Assembly (NCBI GenBank): GCA_964057225.1
Contig: OZ059900.1
Span: 3,534,001 to 3,598,000, forward strand
Reading direction: 5' to 3'
Origin: Auanema rhodensis
Taxonomy: Eukaryota > Animalia > Nematoda
Length of the DNA stretch: 64,000 nucleotides
Under the pieces are notes generated by a model. It had not been told where the DNA came from and did no database searches. It saw nothing but the letters and a program-made list of their open reading frames with translations. Within the stretch, counting starts at the first letter, position 1. The number at the start of each line of letters is the position of its first letter. Shown piece after piece: positions 11,401-25,816 of this stretch. The translations under genes were made by a program, and so were the position numbers.

Positions 11401-14400
11401 CTTTCTATTTTCGACCTTTTTTGATCAAAATGAATATATATCAGTGCAAACTCATAAAAATAGACTTATTTCGTGTATTATGTGTTTGTTTCTCGAATCT
11501 TAACGAATATGATCAAAATTTACGAGTATTACAGATTTTGTACCAAAAATCGGTGAGTATATGGTGTTAAAGGCATAAAAACGACCATACTTAGTGTAGT
11601 AATGCTATTTGAGCGAAAATCAGTATTTAAACATCACTAGCGTTTAATTGATGACTTTTGTTGTCATAGACAATAAAACTATGCTTCTGATCATATAAAT
11701 GAGCGATTTAGCCAAATTAGACTCAAAACTCGGAAATTTCAAAAATTCTTTCTATTTTCGACCTTTTTTGATCAAAATGAATATATATCAGTGCAAGCTC
11801 ATAAAAATAGACTGATTTTGTGTATTGTATGTTTGATTCTCAAATCTTAACGAATATGATCGAAATTTACGAGTATTACAGATTTTGTACCAAAAATCGG
11901 TGAGTATATGGTGTTAAAGGCATAAAAACGACCATACTTAGTGTAGTAATGCTATTTGAGCGAAATTCAGTATTTAAACATCACTAGCGTTTAATTGATG
12001 ACTTTTGTTGTCATAGACATTAAAACTATGCTTTTGATCATATAAATGAGCGATTTAGCCAAATTAGACTCAAAACTCGGAAATTTCAAAAATTCTTTCT
12101 ATTTTCGACCTTTTTTGATCAAAATGAATATATATCAGTGCAAACTCATGAAAATAGACTTATTTCGTGTATTATGTGTTTGTTTCTCGAATCTTAACGA
12201 ATATGATCAAAATTTACAAGTATTACAGATTTTGTACCAAAAATCGGTGAGTATATGGTGTTAAAGGCATAAAACGACCATACTTAGTGTAGTAATGCAT
12301 TTGAGTGAAATTCAGTGATTTACACATTATTAGTGTATATTTGAAGACTTTTGTTATCATAGACAGTAAAACTATGCTTTTGATCATATATATGAGCGAT
12401 TTAGCCCAATTGGACTCAAAACTCGGAAAATTCAAAAATTCTTCTATTTTCGACCTTTTTTGATCAAAATGAATATATATCAGTGCAAACTCATAAAAAT
12501 AGACTGATTTTGTTTATTGTGTGTTTGATTTTCAAATCTTAACGAATATGATCAAAATTTACGAGTATTACAGATTTTATACCAAAAATCGGTGAGTATA
12601 TGGTGTTAAAGGCATAAAAACGACCATACTTAGTGTAGTAATGCTATTTGAGCGAAAATCAGTATTTAAACATCACTAGCGTTTAATTGATGACTTTTGT
12701 TGTCATAGACAATAAAACTATGCTTCTGATCATATAAATGAGCGATTTAGCCAAATTAGACTCAAAACTCGGAAATTTCAAAAATTCTTTCTATTTTCGA
12801 CCTTTTTTGATCAAAATGAATATATATCAGTGCAAGCTCATAAAAATAGACTGATTTTGTGTATTGTATGTTTGATTCTCAAATCTTAACGAATATGATC
12901 GAAATTTACGAGTATTACAGATTTTGTACCAAAAATCGGTGAGTATATGGTGTTAAAGGCATAAAAAGGACCATACTTAGTGTAGTAATGCTATTTGAGC
13001 GAAATTCAGTATTTAAACATCACTAGCGTTTAATTGATGACTTTTGTTGTCATAGACATTAAAACTATGCTTTTGATCATATATATGAGCGATTTAGCCA
13101 AATTAGACTCAAAACTCGGAAATTTCAAAAATTCTTTCTATTTTCGACCTTTTTTGATCAAAATGAATAAATATCAGTGCAAACTCATAAAAATAGACTT
13201 ATTTCGTGTATTATGTGTTTGTTTCTCGAATCTTAACGAATATGATCGAAATTTACAAGTATTACAGATTTTGTACCAAAAATCGGTGAGTATATGGTGT
13301 TAAAGGCATAAAACGACCATACTTAGTGTAGTAATGCATTTGAGTGAAATTCAGTGATTTACACATTATTAGTGTATATTTGAAGACTTTTGTTATCATA
13401 GACAGTAAAACTATGCTTTTGATCATATATATGAGCGATTTAGCCCAATTGGACTCAAAACTCGGAAAATTCAAAAATTCTTCTATTTTCGACCTTTTTT
13501 GATCAAAATGAATATATATCAGTGCAAACTCATAAAAATAGACTGATTTTGTTTATTGTGTGTTTGATTTTCAAATCTTAACGAATATGATCAAAATTTA
13601 CGAGTATTACAGATTTTGTACCAAAAATCGGTGAGTATATGGTGTTAAAGGCATAAAAACGACCATACTTAGTGTAGTAATGCTATTTGAGCGAAAATCA
13701 GTATTTAAACATCACTAGCGTTTAATTGATGACTTTTGTTGTCATAGACAATAAAACTATGCTTCTGATCATATAAATGAGCGATTTAGCCAAATTAGAC
13801 TCAAAACTCGGAAATTTCAAAAATTCTTTCTATTTTCGACCTTTTTTGATCAAAATGAATATATATCAGTGCAAGCTCATAAAAATAGACTGATTTTGTG
13901 TATTGTATGTTTGATTCTCAAATCTTAACGAATATGATCGAAATTTACGAGTATTACAGATTTTGTACCAAAAATCGGTGAGTATATGGTGTTAAAGGCA
14001 TAAAAACGACCATACTTAGTGTAGTAATGCTATTTGAGCGAAATTCAGTATTTAAACATCACTAGCGTTTAATTGATGACTTTTGTTGTCATAGACATTA
14101 AAACTATGCTTTTGATCATATAAATGAGCGATTTAGCCAAATTAGACTCAAAACTCGGAAATTTCAAAAATTCTTTCTATTTTCGACCTTTTTTGATCAA
14201 AATGAATATATATCAGTGCAAACTCATAAAAATAGACTTATTTCGTGTATTATGTGTTTGTTTCTCGAATCTTAACGAATATGATCAAAATTTACAAGTA
14301 TTACAGATTTTGTACCAAAAATCGGTGAGTATATGGTGTTAAAGGCATAAAACGACCATACTTAGTGTAGTAATGCATTTGAGTGAAATTCAGTGATTTA

Positions 14401-15100
14401 CACATTATTAGTGTATATTTGAAGACTTTTGTTATCATAGACAGTAAAACTATGCTTTTGATCATATATATGAGCGATTTAGCCCAATTGGACTCAAAAC
14501 TCGGAAAATTCAAAAATTCTTCTATTTTCGACCTTTTTTGATCAAAATGAATATATATCAGTGCAAACTCATAAAAATAGACTGATTTTGTTTATTGTGT
14601 GTTTGATTTTCAAATCTTAACGAATATGATCAAAATTTACGAGTATTACAGATTTTGTACCAAAAATCGGTGAGTATATGGTGTTAAAGGCATAAAAACG
14701 ACCATACTTAGTGTAGTAATGCTATTTGAGCGAAAATCAGTATTTAAACATCACTAGCGTTTAATTGATGACTTTTGTTGTCATAGACAATAAAACTATG
14801 CTTCTGATTATATAATTGAGCGATTTAGCCAAATTAGACTCAAAACTCGGAAATTTCAAAAATTCTTTCTATTTTCGACCTTTTTTGATCAAAATGAATA
14901 TATATCAGTGCAAGCTCATAAAAATAGACTGATTTTGTGTATTGTATGTTTGATTCTCAAATCTTAACGAATATGATCGAAATTTACGAGTATTACAGAT
15001 TTTGTACCAAAAATCGGTGAGTATATGGTGTTAAAGGCATAAAAAGGACCATACTTAGTGTAGTAATGCTATTTGAGCGAAATTCAGTATTTAAACATCA
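8500..15100 (+). repeat. Region dominated by a 1039-bp 3-mer HOR, interrupted by A-only monomers at ~10.6-12.0 kb
   Basis: Identical 70-aa minus-strand ORFs, which mark a 345-bp monomer carrying ggcataaaacg, lie at 8757, 9796, 12223, 13262 and 14301 (steps 1039, 2427, 1039, 1039). The variant aaaaaGgacc lies at 10541, 12968 and 15046. Confidence 0.85.
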
Positions 15101-15399
15101 CTAGCGTTTAATTGATGACTTTTGTTGTCATAGACATTAAAACTATGCTTTTGATCATATAAATGAGCGATTTAGCCAAATTAGACTCAAAACTCGGAAA
15201 TTTCAAAAATTCTTTCTATTTTCGACCTTTTTTGATCAAAATGAATATATATCAGTGCAAACTCATAAAAATAGACTTATTTCGTGTATTATGTGTTTGA
15301 TTCTCGAATCTTAACAAATATGATCAAAATTTACAAGTATTACAGATTTTGTACCAAAAATCGGTGAGTATATGGTGTTAAAGGCATAAAAACGACCAT

Positions 15400-18300
15400 A
15401 CTTAGTGTAGTAATGCTATTTGAGCGAAAATCAGTATTTAAACATCACTAGCGTTTAATTGATGACTTTTGTTGTTATAAACAATAAAACTATGTTTTTG
15501 ATCATATATATGAGCGATTTAGCCCAATTGGACTCAAAACTCGGAAATTTCAAAAATTCTTTCTATTTTCGACCTTTTTTGATCAAAATGAATAAATATC
15601 AGTGCAAACTCATAAAAATAGACTTATTTCGTGTATTATGTGTTTGATTCTCGAATCTTAACGAATATGATCAAAATTTACGAGTATCACAGATTTTGTA
15701 CCAAAAATCGGTGAGTATATGGTGTTAAAGGCATAAAAACGACCATACTTAGTGTAGTAATGCTATTTGAGCGAAAATCAGTATTTAAACATCACTAGCG
15801 TTTAATTGATGACTTTTGTTGTTATAGACAATAAAACTATGTTTTTGATCATATATATGAGCGATTTAGCCCAATTGGACTCAAAACTCGGAAAATTCAA
15901 AAATTCTTTCTATTTTCGACCTTTTTTGATCAAAATGAATATATATCAGTGCAAACTCATAAAAATAGACTGATTTTGTTTATTGTGTGTTTGATTTTCA
16001 AATCTTAACGAATATGATCAAAATTTACGAGTATTACAGATTTTGTACCAAAAATCGGTGAGTATATGGTGTTAAAGGCATAAAAACGACCATACTTAGT
16101 GTAGTAATGCTATTTGAGCGAAAATCAGTATTTAAACATCACTAGCGTTTAATTGATAACTTTTGTTGTCATAGACAATAAAACTATGCTTCTGATCATA
16201 TAAATGAGCGATTTAGCCAAATTAGACTCAAAACTGGGAAATTTCAAAAATTCTTTCTATTTTCGACCTTTTTTGATCAAAATGAATATATATCAGTGCA
16301 AGCTCATAAAAATAGACTGATTTTGTGTATTGTATGTTTTATTCTCAAATCTTAACGAATATGATCGAAATTTACGAGTATTACAGATTTTGTACCAAAA
16401 ATCGGTGAGTATATGGTGTTAAAGGCATAAAAACGACCATACTTAGTGTAGTAATGCTATTTGAGCGAAATTCAGTATTTAAACATCACTAGCGTTTAAT
16501 TGATGACTTTTGTTGTCATAGACATTAAAACTATGCTTTTGATCATATAAATGAGCGATTTAGCCAAATTAGACTCAAAACTCGGAAATTTCAAAAATTC
16601 TTTCTATTTTCGACCTTTTTTGATCAAAATGAATATATATCAGTGCAAACTCATAAAAATAGACTTATTTCGTGTATTATGTGTTTGATTCTCGAATCTT
16701 AACAAATATGATCAAAATTTACAAGTATTACAGATTTTGTACCAAAAATCGGTGAGTATATGGTGTTAAAGGCATAAAAACGACCATACTTAGTGTAGTA
16801 ATGCTATTTGAGCGAAATTCAGTATTTAAACATCACTAGCGTTTAATTGATGAATTTTGTTGTTATAGACAATAAAACTATGTTTTTGATCATATATATG
16901 AGCGATTTAGCCCAATTGGACTCAAAACTCGGAAATTTCAAAAATTCTTTCTATTTTCGACCTTTTTTGATCAAAATGAATAAATATCAGTGCAAACTCA
17001 TAAAAATAGACTTATTTCGTGTATTATGTGTTTGATTCTTGAATCTTAACGAATATGATCAAAATTTACAAGTATTACAGATTTTGTACCAAAAATCGGT
17101 GAGTATATGGTGTTAGAGGCATAAAAACGACCATACTTAGTGTAGTAATGCTATTTGAGTGAAATTCAGTGATTTAAACATTATTAGTGTATATTCGAAG
17201 ACTTTTGTTATCATAGACAATAAAACTATGCTTTTGATCATATATATGAGCGATTTAGCCAAATTAGACTCAAAACTCGGAAATTTCAAAAATTCTTTCT
17301 ATTTTCGACCTTTTTTGATCAAAATGAATAAATATCAGTGCAAACTCGTAAAAATAAACTGATTTTGTGTATTGTATGTTTGATTCTCAAATCTTAACGA
17401 ATATGATCAAAATTTACGAGTATTACAGATTTTGTACCAAAAATCGGTGAGTATATGGTGTTAAAGGCATAAAAACGACCATACATAGTGTAGTAATGCT
17501 ATTTGAGCGAAATTCAGTATTTAAACATCACTAGCGTTTAATTGATGACTTTTGTTGTTATAGACATTAAAACTATGTTTTTGATCATATATATGAGCGA
17601 TTTAGCCAAATTGGACTCAAAACTCGGAAATTTCAAAAATTATTTCTATTTTCGACCTTTTTTGATCAAAATGAATAAATATCAGTGCAAACTTGTAAAA
17701 ATAGACTTATTTTGTGTATTATGTGTTTGATTCTCGAATCTTAACAAATATGATCAAAATTTACAAGTATTACAGATTTTGTACCTAAAATCGGTGAGTA
17801 TATGGTGTTAAAGGCATAAAAACGACCATACTTAGTGTAGTAATGCTATTTGAGTGAAATTCAGTGATTTAATCATTATTAGTGTATATTTGAAGACTTT
17901 TGTTATCATAGACAGTAAAACTATGCTTTTGATCATATATATGAGCGATTTAGCCCAATTCGACTCAAAACTCGGAAAATTCAAAAATTCTTTCTATTTT
18001 CGACCTTTTTTGATGAAAATGAATATATATCAGTGTAAACTCATAAAAATAGACTGATTTTGTGTATTGTGTGTTTGATTCTCAAATCTTAACAAATATG
18101 ATCAAATTTTACGAGTATTACAGATTTTGTACCAAAAATTGGTGAGTATATGGTGTTAAAGGCATAAAAACGACCATACTTAGTGTAGTAATGCTATTTG
18201 AGCGAAAATCAGTATTTAAACATCACTAGCGTTTAATTGAAGATTTTTGTTGTCATAGACAATAAAACTATGCTTCTGATCATATATATGAGCGATTTAG

Positions 18301-21300
18301 CCAAATTAGACTCAAAACTCGGAAATTTCAAAAATTCTTTCTATTTTCGACCTTTTTTGATCAAAATGAATAAATATCAGTGCAAACTCATAAAAATAGA
18401 CTTATTTCGTGTATTATGTGTTTGTTTCTCGAATCTTAACGAATATGATCAAAATTTACAAGTATTACAGATTCTGTACCAAAAATCGGTGAGTATATGG
18501 TGTTAAAGGCATAAAACGACCATACTTAGTGTAGTAATGCATTTGAGTGAAATTCAGTGATTTACACATTATTAGTGTATATTTGAAGACTTTTGTTATC
18601 ATAGACAGTAAAACTATGCTTTTGATCATATATATGAGCGATTTAGCCCAATTGGACTCAAAACTCGGAAAATTCAAAAATTCTTCTATTTTCGACCTTT
18701 TTTGATCAAAATGAATATATATCAGTGCAAACTCATAAAAATAGACTGATTTTGTTTATTGTGTGTTTGATTTTCAAATCTTAACGAATATGATCAAAAT
18801 TTACGAGTATTACAGATTTTGTACCAAAAATCGGTGAGTATATGGTGTTAAAGGCATAAAAACGACCATACTTAGTGTAGTAATGCTATTTGAGCGAAAA
18901 TCAGTATTTAAACATCACTAGCGTTTAATTGATGACTTTTGTTGTCATAGACAATAAAACTATGCTTCTGATCATATAAATGAGCGATTTAGCCAAATTA
19001 GACTCAAAACTCGGAAATTTCAAAAATTCTTTCTATTTTCGACCTTTTTTGATCAAAATGAATATATATCAGTGCAAGCTCATAAAAATAGACTGATTTT
19101 GTGTATTGTATGTTTGATTCTCAAATCTTAACGAATATGATCGAAATTTACGAGTATTACAGATTTTGTACCAAAAATCGGTGAGTATATGGTGTTAAAG
19201 GCATAAAAACGACCATACTTAGTGTAGTAATGCTATTTGAGCGAAATTCAGTATTTAAACATCACTAGCGTTTAATTGATGACTTTTGTTGTCATAGACA
19301 TTGAAACTATGCTTTTGATCATATAAATGAGCGATTTAGCCAAATTAGACTCAAAACTCGGAAATTTCAAAAATTCTTTCTATTTTCGACCTTTTTTGAT
19401 CAAAATGAATATATATCAGTGCAAACTCATAAAAATAGACTTATTTCGTGTATTATGTGTTTGATTCTCGAATCTTAACAAATATGATCAAAATTTACAA
19501 GTATTACAGATTTTGTACCAAAAATCGGTGAGTATATGGTGTTAAAGGCATAAAAACGACCATACTTAGTGTAGTAATGCTATTTGAGCGAAAATCAGTA
19601 TTTAAACATCACTAGCGTTTAATTGATGACTTTTGTTGTTATAAACAATAAAACTATGTTTTTTATCATATATATGAGCGATTTAGCCCAATTGGACTCA
19701 AAACTCGGAAATTTCAAAAATTCTTTCTATTTTCGACCTTTTTTGATCAAAATGAATAAATATCAGTGCAAACTCATAAAAATAGACTTATTTCGTGTAT
19801 TATGTGTTTGATTCTCGAATCTTAACGAATATGATCAAAATTTACGAGTATCACAGATTTTGTACCAAAAATCGGTGAGTATATGGTGTTAAAGGCATAA
19901 AAACGACCATACTTAGTGTAGTAATGCTATTTGAGCGAAAATCAGTATTTAAACATCACTAGCGTTTAATTGATGACTTTTGTTGTTATAGACAATAAAA
20001 TTATGTTTTTGATCATATATATGAGCGATTTAGCCCAATTGGACTCAAAACTCGGAAAATTCAAAAATTCTTTCTATTTTCGACCTTTTTTGATCAAAAT
20101 GAATATATATCAGTGCAAACTCATAAAAATAGACTGATTTTGTTTATTGTGTGTTTGATTTTCAAATCTTAACGAATATGATCAAAATTTACGAGTATTA
20201 CAGATTTTGTACCAAAAATCGGTGAGTATATGGTGTTAAAGGCATAAAAACGACCATACTTAGTGTAGTAATGCTATTTGAGCGAAAATCAGTATTTAAA
20301 CATCACTAGCGTTTAATTGATGACTTTTGTTGTCATAGACAGTAAAACTATGCTTTTGATCATATATATGAGCGATTTAGCCCAATTGGACTCAAAACTC
20401 GGAAAATTCAAAAATTCTTCTATTTTCGACCTTTTTTGATCAAAATGAATATATATCAGTGCAAACTCATAAAAATAGACTGATTTTGTTTATTGTGTGT
20501 TTGATTTTCAAATCTTAACGAATATGATCAAAATTTACGAGTATTACAGATTTTGTACCAAAAATCGGTGAGTATATGGTGTTAAAGGCATAAAAACGAC
20601 CATACTTAGTGTAGTAATGCTATTTGAGCGAAAATCAGTATTTAAACATCACTAGCGTTTAATTGATGACTTTTGTTGTTATAGACAATAAAATTATGTT
20701 TTTGATCATATATATGAGCGATTTAGCCCAATTGGACTCAAAACTCGGAAAATTCAAAAATTCTTTCTATTTTCGACCTTTTTTGATCAAAATGAATATA
20801 TATCAGTGCAAACTCATAAAAATAGACTGATTTTGTTTATTGTGTGTTTGATTTTCAAATCTTAACGAATATGATCGAAATTTACGAGTATTACAGATTT
20901 TGTACCAAAAATCGGTGAGTATATGGTGTTAAAGGCATAAAAACGACCATACTTAGTGTAGTAATGCTATTTGAGCGAAAATCAGTATTTAAACATCACT
21001 AGCGTTTAATTGATGACTTTTGTTGTCATAGACAATAAAACTATGCTTCTGATCATATAAATGAGCGATTTAGCCAAATTAGACTCAAAACTCGGAAATT
21101 TCAAAAATTCTTTCTATTTTCGACCTTTTTTGATCAAAATGAATATATATCAGTGCAAGCTCATAAAAATAGACTGATTTTGTGTATTGTATGTTTGATT
21201 CTCAAATCTTAACGAATATGATCGAAATTTACGAGTATTACAGATTTTGTACCAAAAATCGGTGAGTATATGGTGTTAAAGGCATAAAAACGACCATACT

Positions 21301-24300
21301 TAGTGTAGTAATGCTATTTGAGCGAAATTCAGTATTTAAACATCACTAGCGTTTAATTGATGACTTTTGTTGTCATAGACATTAAAACTATGCTTTTGAT
21401 CATATAAATGAGCGATTTAGCCAAATTAGACTCAAAACTCGGAAATTTCAAAAATTCTTTCTATTTTCGACCTTTTTTGATGAAAATGAATATATATCAG
21501 TGCAAACTCATAAAAATAGACTTATTTCGTGTATTATGTGTTTGATTCTCGAATCTTAACAGATATGATCAAAATTTACAAGTATTACAGATTTTGTACC
21601 AAAAATCGGTGAGTATATGGTGTTAAAGGCATAAAAACGACCATACTTAGTGTAGTAATGCTATTTGAGCGAAAATCAGTATTTAAACATCACTAGCGTT
21701 TAATTGATGACTTTTGTTGTTATAAACAATAAAACTATGTTTTTGATCATATATATGAGCGATTTAGCCCAATTGGACTCAAAACTCGGAAATTTCAAAA
21801 ATTCTTTCTATTTTCGACCTTTTTTGATCAAAATGAATAAATATCAGTGCAAACTCATAAAAATAGACTTATTTCGTGTATTATGTGTTTGATTCTCGAA
21901 TCTTAACGAATATGATCAAAATTTACGAGTATCACAGATTTTGTACCAAAAATCGGTGAGTATATGGTGTTAAAGGCATAAAAACGACCATACTTAGTGT
22001 AGTAATGCTATTTGAGCGAAAATCAGTATTTAAACATCACTAGCGTTTAATTGATGACTTTTGTTGTTATAGACAATAAAATTATGTTTTTGATCATATA
22101 TATGAGCGATTTAGCCCAATTGGACTCAAAACTCGGAAAATTCAAAAATTCTTTCTATTTTCGACCTTTTTTGATCAAAATGAATATATATCAGTGCAAA
22201 CTCATAAAAATAGACTGATTTTGTTTATTGTGTGTTTGATTTTCAAATCTTAACGAATATGATCAAAATTTACGAGTATTACAGATTTTGTACCAAAAAT
22301 CGGTGAGTATATGGTGTTAAAGGCATAAAAACGACCATACTTAGTGTAGTAATGCTATTTGAGCGAAAATCAGTATTTAAACATCACTAGCGTTTAATTG
22401 ATGACTTTTGTTGTCATAGACAATAAAACTATGCTTCTGATCATATAAATGAGCGATTTAGCCAAATTAGACTCAAAACTGGGAAATTTCAAAAATTCTT
22501 TCTATTTTCGACCTTTTTTGATCAAAATGAATATATATCAGTGCAAGCTCATAAAAATAGACTGATTTTGTGTATTGTATGTTTTATTCTCAAATCTTAA
22601 CGAATATGATCGAAATTTACAAGTATTACAGATTTTGTACCAAAAATCGGTGAGTATATGGTGTTAAAGGCATAAAAACGACCATACTTAGTGTAGTAAT
22701 GCTATTTGAGCGAAAATCAGTATTTAAACATCACTAGCGTTTAATTGATGACTTTTGTTGTTATAGACAATAAAACTATGTTTTTGATCATATATATGAG
22801 CGATTTAGCCCAATTGGACTCAAAACTCGGAAATTTCAAAAATTCTTTCTATTTTCGACCTTTTTTGATCAAAATGAATAAATATCAGTGCAAACTCATA
22901 AAAATAGACTTATTTCGTGTATTATGTGTTTGATTCTCGAATCTTAACGAATATGATCAAAATTTACGAGTATCACAGATTTTGTACCAAAAATCGGTGA
23001 GTATATGGTGTTAAAGGCATAAAAACGACCATACTTAGTGTAGTAATGCTATTTGAGCGAAAATCAGTATTTAAACATCACTAGCGTTTAATTGATGACT
23101 TTTGTTGTTATAGACAATAAAACTATGTTTTTGATCATATATATGAGCGATTTAGCCCAATTGGACTCAAAACTCGGAAAATTCAAAAATTCTTTCTATT
23201 TTCGACCTTTTTTGATCAAAATGAATATATATCAGTGCAAACTCATAAAAATAGACTGATTTTGTTCATTGTGTGTTTGATTTTTGAATCTTAACAAATA
23301 TGATCAAAATTTACGAGTATTACAGATTTTGTACCAAAAATCGGTGAGTATATGGTGTTAAAGGCATAAAAACGACCATACTTAGTGTAGTAATGCATTT
23401 GAGTGAAATTCAGTGATTTACACATTATTAGTGTATATTTGAAGACTTTTGTTATCATAGACAGTAAAACTATGCTTTTGATCATATATATGAGCGATAT
23501 AGCCCAATTGGACTCAAAACTCGGAAATTTCAAAAATTCTTTCTATTTTCGACCTTTTTTGATCAAAATGAATAAATATCAGTGCAAACTCATAAAAATA
23601 GACTTATTTCGTGTATTATGTGTTTGATTCTCGAATCTTAACGAATATGATCAAAATTTACGAGTATCACAGATTTTGTACCAAAAATCGGTGAGTATAT
23701 GGTGTTAAAGGCATAAAAACGACCATACTTAGTGTAGTAATGCTATTTGAGCGAAAATCAGTATTTAAACATCACTAGCGTTTAATTGATGACTTTTGTT
23801 GTTATAGACAATAAAATTATGTTTTTGATCATATATATGAGCGATTTAGCCCAATTGGACTCAAAACTCGGAAAATTCAAAAATTCTTTCTATTTTCGAC
23901 CTTTTTTGATCAAAATGAATATATATCAGTGCAAACTCATAAAAATAGACTGATTTTGTTTATTGTGTGTTTGATTTTCAAATCTTAACGAATATGATCA
24001 AAATTTACGAGTATTACAGATTTTGTACCAAAAATCGGTGAGTATATGGTGTTAAAGGCATAAAAACGACCATACTTAGTGTAGTAATGCTATTTGAGCG
24101 AAAATCAGTATTTAAACATCACTAGCGTTTAATTGATGACTTTTGTTGTCATAGACAATAAAACTATGCTTCTGATCATATAAATGAGCGATTTAGCCAA
24201 ATTAGACTCAAAACTGGGAAATTTCAAAAATTCTTTCTATTTTCGACCTTTTTGGATCAAAATGAATATATATCAGTGCAAGCTCATAAAAATAGACTGA

Positions 24301-25100
24301 TTTTGTGTATTGTATGTTTTATTCTCAAATCTTAACGAATATGATCGAAATTTACGAGTATTACAGATTTTGTACCAAAAATCGGTGAGTATATGGTGTT
24401 AAAGGCATAAAAACGACCATACTTAGTGTAGTAATGCTATTTGAGCGAAATTCAGTATTTAAACATCACTAGCGTTTAATTGATGACTTTTGTTGTCATA
24501 GACATTAAAACTATGCTTTTGATCATATAAATGAGCGATTTAGCCAAATTAGACTCAAAACTCGGAAATTTCAAAAATTCTTTCTATTTTCGACCTTTTT
24601 TGATGAAAATGAATATATATCAGTGCAAACTCATAAAAATAGACTTATTTCGTGTATTATGTGTTTGATTCTCGAATCTTAACAAATATGATCAAAATTT
24701 ACAAGTATTACAGATTTTGTACCAAAAATCGGTGAGTATATGGTGTTAAAGGCATAAAAACGACCATACTTAGTGTAGTAATGCTATTTGAGCGAAAATC
24801 AGTATTTAAACATCACTAGCGTTTAATTGATGACTTTTGTTGTTATAAACAATAAAACTATGTTTTTGATCATATATATGAGCGATTTAGCCCAATTGGA
24901 CTCAAAACTCGGAAATTTCAAAAATTCTTTCTATTTTCGACCTTTTTTGATCAAAATGAATAAATATCAGTGCAAACTCGTAAAAATAAACTTATTTCCT
25001 GTATTGTGTGTTTGATTCTCGAATCTCACCGAATATGATCAAAATTTACGAGTATCACAGATTTTGTACCAAAAATCGGTGAGTATATGGTGTTAAAGGC
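15400..25100 (+). repeat. Region dominated by an imperfect 4-mer HOR of A-class monomers (1388 bp)
   Basis: ORF starts 15459 to 16847 = 1388 = 4x347. The same four-monomer order recurs near 18.9-20.3, 21.0-22.7 and 23.8-25.0 kb. Domain-specific markers are gttatAAacaat (ORFs 15459, 19623, 21704, 24827) and aaactGggaa (16236, 22481, 24216). Confidence 0.75.
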
Positions 25101-25750
25101 ATAAAAACGACCATACTTAGTGTAGTAATGCTATTTGAGTGAAATTCAGTGATTTAATCATTATTAGTTTATATTTGAAGACTTTTGTTATCATAGACAG
25201 TAAAACTATGATTTTGATCATATATATGAGCGATTTAGCCAAATTAGACTCAAAACTCGGAAATTTCAAAAATTCTTTCTATTTTCGACCTTTTTTGATC
25301 AAAATGAATAAATATCAGTGCAAACTCATAAAAATAGACTTATTTCGTGTATTATGTGTTTGTTTCTCGAATCTTAACGAATATGATCAAAATTTACAAG
25401 TATTACAGATTTTGTACCAAAAATCGGTGAGTATATGGTGTTAAAGGCATAAAAACGACCATACTTAGTGTAGTAATGCTATTTGAGTGAAATTCAGTGA
25501 TTTAATCATTATTAGTTTATATTTGAAGACTTTTGTTATCATAGACAGTAAAACTATGCTTTTGATCATATATATGAGCGATTTAGCCAAATTAGACTCA
25601 AAACTCGGAAATTTCAAAAATTCTTTCTATTTTCGACCTTTTTTGATCAAAATGAATAAATATCAGTGCAAACTCGTAAAAATAGACTTATTTCGTGTAT
25701 TATGTGTTTGATTCTCGAATCTTAACAAATATGATCAAAATTTACGAGTA

Positions 25751-25816
25751 TTTTTTAGATTTTGTACCAAAAATCGGTGAGTTTTTTTTAGATTTTGTAC
25801 CAAAAATCGGTGAGTA
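25751..25816 (+). repeat. 33-bp tandem duplication inside one monomer (net +35 bp), ttttttagattttgtaccaaaaatcggtgagt(t/a) x2
   Basis: agattttgtaccaaaaatcggtgagt starts at both 25757 and 25790. The flanking B-type ORF starts 25487 and 25870 are 383 apart (348+35). Confidence 0.95.
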
